From NCBI GenBank assembly GCA_034439575.1, contig JAWXAQ010000027.1, positions 352,001 through 416,000 on the forward strand: a stretch of DNA of 64,000 bases, given 5' to 3'. The notes beneath the pieces were generated by a model, which did not search any database, had not been told where the DNA came from, and saw nothing but the letters and a program-made list of their open reading frames with translations. The position numbers and the translations under genes were made by a program. Shown piece by piece: positions 58,966 through 64,000 of this stretch (the first letter of the stretch is position 1; each line of letters begins with the position of its first letter). Source of the DNA: Leptospira sp. GTDB lineage: Bacteria > Spirochaetota > Leptospiria > Leptospirales > Leptospiraceae.

Positions 58966-60393
58966 ATGAATTTAAAGAAAATTTTATTAATTTCAATGTT
59001 TGTGGGAGCATTTGCTCCCATGTCTATTTTTGCTGAAGATGAAGTTTCAATCAAAAAACCAGAAGTCACAATCGAAGTTTTACAAGAACGATTAGCACAA
59101 TTAGAAGCTAAACAAGAAAGTTCTAGTGTCGAGGCCGATTGGGTTTGGACTTGTATCGCAGCTTTTTTGGTATTTTTTATGCAAGCCGGATTTGCTTACG
59201 TCGAAGCGGGTTTCACTCGCGCAAAAAATGCAGTAAATATCTTAATGAAAAACTTTTCTGACTTAACTGCGGGTGCCATCGCGTATTGGTTAGTTGGTTT
59301 TAGTATCATGTTTGGACCACAGATTCTTACTGGCTTTGGGGTGGGAATACCGACAATAGCTGAAAATTTGATCAATAATGCAGAAGGGGGATTTGATCCA
59401 TCCAGTTATACTTTTTTTATGTTTCAAATTGTTTTTGCCGCGACTGCTGCCACGATAGTGTCTGGAGCCATGGCTGAAAGAACAAAGTTTGCTGCATACT
59501 TACTATTTTCTGTGATCATCACGGCTTTCATTTATCCCATGTTTGGTTCTCTCGCTTGGGGAGGATTATTCGGAAAAGGAACAGGATTTTTAGAATCACT
59601 TAACATTGGCGCTGGTGAAAACGGAGAAGGTGCTAACTTTTTAGATTTTGCTGGATCTACCGTAGTACATAGTGTAGGTGCATGGGCTGGGCTTGCAGGT
59701 GCCATAATTGTAGGACCCAGACTTGGAAAATTCCAATCTGATGGTAGAGTATTCCCCATCCTCGGACATAATATGTCCATGGCAGCCATAGGTGTATTTA
59801 TATTGTGGTTTGGATGGTTTGGCTTTAACCCTGGTTCTACGACATCGATCAAAGGTGGAAGTTTTGCTGGTATTGCCGTTGTAACACATATGTCTGCATC
59901 TGCTGGCGCTCTCGGTGCAATGATTTTGACATGGTTCTTATTTAAAAAGCCAGAAATCGGTCTTACCTTAAATGGGGGGCTTGCAGGACTTGTCGCCATC
60001 ACAGCTCCTTGCGATAGCGTGAGTATTACGGGAGCTGTCACTATTGGTTTTATCGCGGGTCTACTTGTTGTTATCAGTGTGCTCTTTTTTGATAAACTTA
60101 AAATAGATGATCCAGTCGGGGCAGTGTCTGTGCACGGTGTTTGCGGTGCTTGGGGTACACTCGCTGTTGGACTATTTAATTTAAAATCAGGTCTTTTTTA
60201 TGGGGGAGGATTTAGTCAATTAATTGCACAAATGATTGGCATTAGTATCGCCTTTGTTTGGGCTTTTGGAATCAGTTTGATTATGTTTTTATTGATCAAA
60301 TACACATTAGGTCTTCGTGTTTCAGAAGAAGAAGAGCTACTCGGACTAGATATTTTAGAACATGGGAATGAGGCTTATCCCGTTTCCAAATAA
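58966..60393 (+). CDS. amtB: Ammonium transporter
   Basis: FMQAGF, IVSGAMAER, DFAGSTVVH, LWFGWFGFN, DDPVGAVSVHG, GLD..EHG..AYP. Confidence 0.95.
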   Translation: MNLKKILLISMFVGAFAPMSIFAEDEVSIKKPEVTIEVLQERLAQLEAKQESSSVEADWVWTCIAAFLVFFMQAGFAYVEAGFTRAKNAVNILMKNFSDLTAGAIAYWLVGFSIMFGPQILTGFGVGIPTIAENLINNAEGGFDPSSYTFFMFQIVFAATAATIVSGAMAERTKFAAYLLFSVIITAFIYPMFGSLAWGGLFGKGTGFLESLNIGAGENGEGANFLDFAGSTVVHSVGAWAGLAGAIIVGPRLGKFQSDGRVFPILGHNMSMAAIGVFILWFGWFGFNPGSTTSIKGGSFAGIAVVTHMSASAGALGAMILTWFLFKKPEIGLTLNGGLAGLVAITAPCDSVSITGAVTIGFIAGLLVVISVLFFDKLKIDDPVGAVSVHGVCGAWGTLAVGLFNLKSGLFYGGGFSQLIAQMIGISIAFVWAFGISLIMFLLIKYTLGLRVSEEEELLGLDILEHGNEAYPVSK

Positions 60394-60404
60394 TTCTTGA
60401 CCCT

Positions 60405-60424
60405 GGCTTCCCTAAGGGGAAGCC
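60405..60424 (+). other. GC-rich hairpin after amtB without a U-tract
   Basis: GGCTTCCC-TAAG-GGGAAGCC abutting the SD/GTG of the next gene. Confidence 0.5.
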
Positions 60425-60430
60425 TAGGAT

Positions 60431-61075
60431 GTGCGACGAATTCTTTCCATTGCTCTTTTATGTTTACCGCTACTCGGCTGTTTTGAATATGAAGAGACGA
60501 TTCTTTTCAGAAAACCTAACTCTGGAACCGTAGAGATTGCCTACACAGTTCCTTTAAAAAAAGAATCTGCAGAATCACTGATAAAATTTCTTCCTTCCGA
60601 CTTGGCCTCCATAGAAAAAAAAATCAAATTAAAACCAAATAGTGGTCTTTCCATCCGAGATTTTACATTCAGAGAATTAGAAAAAATAGAAATTACAGAT
60701 CCTATTTTCAAACGAAAAGGCCGAGTCTCTTACAAAATCGATTTTGAAGATCCTTCCCAATTGGAAGGTATCCTACTTGGAAATTTTGTCGCCAAACAGA
60801 AAGCTCGTTCTCTGAATATCAAACGCGAATTTCCCAATATGTCAGAATTTTCTGCCACAGAAGAAAGTGTGGGTGAAAAAAAGATTATCGGGGAAACGTT
60901 ACGCCTGTTAAAGGAAGGCAAAATGCAATTCCGCGTTTTATTTCCCAAAGATTCAGAATGTTTGTCTAACCGAGGTCTTGTTGGTTTAGGAAACGTAGTT
61001 TATAGTTTTCCTTTGCAAGACACCATTGAAAATGCAGATGCTAAAAGTTGGGAATATAAAATTAGATTTTTTTGA
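60431..61075 (+). CDS. Putative lipoprotein
   Basis: Basic N-terminus, hydrophobic core, lipobox LLGC. Confidence 0.75.
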   Translation: MRRILSIALLCLPLLGCFEYEETILFRKPNSGTVEIAYTVPLKKESAESLIKFLPSDLASIEKKIKLKPNSGLSIRDFTFRELEKIEITDPIFKRKGRVSYKIDFEDPSQLEGILLGNFVAKQKARSLNIKREFPNMSEFSATEESVGEKKIIGETLRLLKEGKMQFRVLFPKDSECLSNRGLVGLGNVVYSFPLQDTIENADAKSWEYKIRFF

Positions 61076-61091
61076 TATAGCTCGCTATCGG

Positions 61092-61847
61092 TTATTTCTT
61101 TTCCAATAATCCTAATTTTTGGCAAGTTTCTATATACAATTCAAATCCCTTTAAGTTTTTTTCTTCGGGAATATAATGAAGTTCCTTTTTTAGATAACGA
61201 TCCACAATCGCTGTCGGCAAACGAGTTTCATTTTGAATGATTTCATCTAAATGTGCCATTCCATAATCCAAAGCTTGAATGAAAATGGAATCTAGGATAG
61301 GACGATCTTTTGGATAGGCCCAGAACGCAAAACAAAAGTAAGTATTTGTAATTTGGTTCCACCAGGTCGCAAGATCCACAATTTTATAATTTGGTTTTGC
61401 ATTATGTAAAAGGGCATGATCGCCAAAAAGTAAATGGGAACCTATCCCATTCTCCATCATAGATTCAATTTTTGCCGCCGGTGTAGGTAAAACTTCTGGC
61501 ATTTGATTGAAATTCAAATGAAATAGACATTGGAGCAATGCCACACTCGCCCTAGATCCGCTGTCTGTATAAATTTTATCGGATGGGAATGTTTCATTTT
61601 TATTTTGATAAAAAAGAACAGAACGAACCAGATCCTTGGCACAAACCCCGACCGATTTTGAAAAGGACAAAGTATCAATATTGCGTATGCATTCTATCGA
61701 AGAAATAAGGGCTAAGTCCAATTTTGATTCTTTGAGTAGTTCTACGAGTATACTTGGGTGATCATAGATGGCTTCGTATCCTTCCATTTTCTCAAAGTAA
61801 TATGTGAGCGGTCTTGCATTTAGATGTTTAACAATACCAATTTTCAT
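61092..61847 (-). CDS. mqnA: Chorismate dehydratase MqnA (futalosine pathway)
   Basis: HLNARPL, P..L, LDLALISSIE, VRSV, SRASVAL, GDHAL, DLA.WW, FCFAFW. Confidence 0.88.
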   Translation of the reverse strand: MKIGIVKHLNARPLTYYFEKMEGYEAIYDHPSILVELLKESKLDLALISSIECIRNIDTLSFSKSVGVCAKDLVRSVLFYQNKNETFPSDKIYTDSGSRASVALLQCLFHLNFNQMPEVLPTPAAKIESMMENGIGSHLLFGDHALLHNAKPNYKIVDLATWWNQITNTYFCFAFWAYPKDRPILDSIFIQALDYGMAHLDEIIQNETRLPTAIVDRYLKKELHYIPEEKNLKGFELYIETCQKLGLLEKK

Positions 61848-61917
61848 TCCAGAATCAGATTAGAAAAAACAGCTTGTCAGACCACAAAAATATTATTAAT
61901 TCTGCCATGGAGCCTTA

Positions 61918-62775
61918 ATGGATTTCAAAGCTATACTCAATACCATCGGAGACCCTGAGTTTGATTTTATAAAGGATCTTATTTATAAACAAGCAGGCAT
62001 TTTTCTTGCTCCTCATAAAAAAATAATGGTTCAGTCACGTCTCAATACGAGACTTAGAACTCTTGAAATTCCATCCTACGAAGAATACGTGTCTCGTTTA
62101 AAAAGGGATTCAAAATTTGCAGCCGATGAAATGCAAGAATTGATCAATCGCATAACAACGAATAAAACAGACTTTTTTCGAGAAAATCACCATTTTGAAT
62201 TTTTACGCGATAAATATTTACCAGCCATAGAAGAGGCAAATAAAACGGGAGCACCTAAAAGTGTAAGAATTTGGTGTTCTGCTTCTTCTACCGGAGAAGA
62301 ACCTTATTCCATTGCCATTACACTTTTTGATTATTTTCAAAATAAACCAGGTTGGAATATTAAAATATTTGCATCTGATATTGATACAGCCGTATTAAAA
62401 ACAGCCCAAGAAGGAATTTATCGTGCAGATAGACTTGATCCTGTTAGCGAAGCATTGAAATTAAAACACTTCACAAAACAGGTCGTTGGTGATGTTATTT
62501 CATATCAAGCAAAGGCCCACTTAAAAAGCCTAATCGAATTCAAACAAATTAATTTGTTAAATTATCCTTTTCCCATTAAGGAAAAAGTGGATTTGATATT
62601 TTGTCGGAATGTGGTTATTTATTTTGATAAACAAACACAAAAAACTTTGTTTGCCCAATTCGAAGAACAATTGAAACCGCTAGGGTATCTTATCTTAGGC
62701 CATTCGGAAACCATGTTTGGGATTTCTGATAAATTTAAATTTCTCGGCCATACCATTTATCAGAAAAAAGTTTAA
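61918..62775 (+). CDS. cheR: Chemotaxis protein methyltransferase CheR
   Basis: [45 protein letters not shown]. Confidence 0.95.
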   Translation: MDFKAILNTIGDPEFDFIKDLIYKQAGIFLAPHKKIMVQSRLNTRLRTLEIPSYEEYVSRLKRDSKFAADEMQELINRITTNKTDFFRENHHFEFLRDKYLPAIEEANKTGAPKSVRIWCSASSTGEEPYSIAITLFDYFQNKPGWNIKIFASDIDTAVLKTAQEGIYRADRLDPVSEALKLKHFTKQVVGDVISYQAKAHLKSLIEFKQINLLNYPFPIKEKVDLIFCRNVVIYFDKQTQKTLFAQFEEQLKPLGYLILGHSETMFGISDKFKFLGHTIYQKKV

Positions 62776-63278
62776 TCATTCCATAGTGCTTTTAATTGTT
62801 CAAGCATAGCATAGGGTTCATAAATAACAACCCTCGTATTTGCAAATACATCCAAAAAGCCAGCTTCATTTGGAAATCTAGGAACTATATGTTGGTGGAT
62901 ATGGGGTATGGAACCTCCACTATTTTTTCCTAAATTATAACCCAAATTAAATCCCAGCACATTCCAGTGTTTCTCTAAAATACCTATTGTTTTTTGAGTG
63001 AGTCTGTGGATATCCAACGCCTCTTCGTCATTCAATTCTTTATAGGAAATGATATGCCTTTTGGGAAATATAATGATATGACCAGGGTTATACGGAAACA
63101 AATTTACAGAAACGATGGAAAGTTCAGATTCGAAAATGGATAGGTTCGGAACAATTTCATTTTGATCCCTGACGCCACAAAGGATACAATCAACGGGAGG
63201 TCTTTCTCCTTTGGCATAACCTAGTTTTCCTACACTAAAAAGATTTTTTCTATGTGAATGTTCATCGAAAGAAGCCAT
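62772..63278 (-). CDS. HIT family protein (FHIT/Ap4A phosphorylase-like)
   Basis: [37 protein letters not shown]. Confidence 0.9.
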   Translation of the reverse strand: MASFDEHSHRKNLFSVGKLGYAKGERPPVDCILCGVRDQNEIVPNLSIFESELSIVSVNLFPYNPGHIIIFPKRHIISYKELNDEEALDIHRLTQKTIGILEKHWNVLGFNLGYNLGKNSGGSIPHIHQHIVPRFPNEAGFLDVFANTRVVIYEPYAMLEQLKALWND

Positions 63279-63352
63279 GAATACTTTCAATATCAAGTGA
63301 TCATTAAAGGATTGCAAGGATTTTGAAAAATATTAATAAAGAAAGTAAGCAA

Positions 63353-64000
63353 GTGATATTAAATCCGCATATACCAGTTCTGCCGAGCGAAGTCTTAGAA
63401 CTTTTGTCTTTTACTGCCTATCCACCTCCAAAATGGATCTTGGATGCTACAGCAGGTGAAGGTGGCCACTCTAAGCTGATGTTAGAAAAATATCCCGAAG
63501 CGAAATTGGTTCTCATTGATCGGGACCAAGTCATGCTTGATCGAGCTCTTGGAAATGTATCCAATCAAACTCGTGTGTTTCCCTTTCAGATGAATTTTTC
63601 CGAAGTCGATGAAAATTTACTTCGTGGGATAAACTGCCCGGGACTTGATGCGATCTTAATCGATCTAGGAGTTTCCTTATTTCACTTTTTGCATTCGGGA
63701 CGTGGTTTTACTTTCAAACAAGAAGAACCTTTAGATATGCGATTGGAGCCAGAAATCGGAAACCAAACTGCAGCAGATGTCCTAAATTACAGTACAGTTT
63801 TGCATTTAAAAAAAGTATTTTGGGATTATGGAGAAGAACGCTGGGCTTTAAAAATTGCAAATAATATTGTCCAGACAAGGCAAAAGAAAAAATTTCAAAC
63901 AAATATGGATCTTTCCAAAATCGTGGAAGCCTCGATTCCTCGGAAATTTTGGCCCAAGGAATCCCATCCTGCTACTAAGGTTTTTCAAGCACTACGAATT
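63353..64000 (+). CDS. rsmH: 16S rRNA m4C1402 methyltransferase RsmH, 3'-truncated (absent from the ORF track)
   Basis: Manual translation from GTG 63353: PHIPVL..EV...[10 protein letters not shown]...IDRD...DLGVS...RGFTF...PLDMR...YGEERW...[12 protein letters not shown]. Confidence 0.94.
   Translation, partial: MILNPHIPVLPSEVLELLSFTAYPPPKWILDATAGEGGHSKLMLEKYPEAKLVLIDRDQVMLDRALGNVSNQTRVFPFQMNFSEVDENLLRGINCPGLDAILIDLGVSLFHFLHSGRGFTFKQEEPLDMRLEPEIGNQTAADVLNYSTVLHLKKVFWDYGEERWALKIANNIVQTRQKKKFQTNMDLSKIVEASIPRKFWPKESHPATKVFQALRI

Noticed and set aside
59532-60041. 169-aa minus-strand ORF
   Set aside because: Antisense shadow of amtB.
21199-61847. mqnC and mqnA about 40 kb apart as a novelty
   Set aside because: Futalosine-pathway genes are commonly scattered.
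63714-63902. 62-aa minus-strand ORF
   Set aside because: Antisense to rsmH, the real gene here.
1-64000. CRISPR arrays, rRNA/tRNA genes, IS elements, integrases, prophage genes
   Set aside because: No regularly spaced repeats, RNA-gene-like segments or transposase/integrase motifs seen; intergenic gaps are all under about 150 bp.

Overview
64 kb of AT-rich, gene-dense bacterial chromosome, very probably from a Leptospira (inferred from an FcpA-related flagellar protein, OmpL47-type Ig repeats, an MBOAT/DUF1574-like pair, futalosine-pathway genes and the rplU-prp-rpmA-obgE-proB-proA-nadD-yqeK-LCP-rsfS block). It holds about 57 protein-coding loci, mostly housekeeping (miaB, prfC, typA, bfr, pepP, mgsA, amtB, cheR, mqnA, mqnC, partial rsmH). 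I saw no rRNA, tRNA, CRISPR array, transposase or prophage. The best candidate for an undescribed system is a coupled three-gene operon of KamA-type radical-SAM aminomutase, Ddl-like ATP-grasp ligase and heme-oxygenase-like diiron enzyme (25.1-28.0 kb), which looks like a small beta-amino-acid peptide pathway. Other points: a LysM-FecR/Ig/membrane-PP2C envelope-signalling operon whose LysM-FecR gene is split by a -1 frameshift in an A6 run; an in-frame TGA in the likely 5' end of mqnC; an RlmL-like gene apparently starting at an ATA that overlaps the bfr stop; a Prp protease beside an L27 with no cleavable extension; a sigma54 promoter plus enhancer-like palindrome upstream of a GAF-PP2C-TPR/amtB operon; and a 1210-aa cholesterol-oxidase-like/hydrolase fusion. 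All family calls come from motif recognition by eye; no database searches were run.
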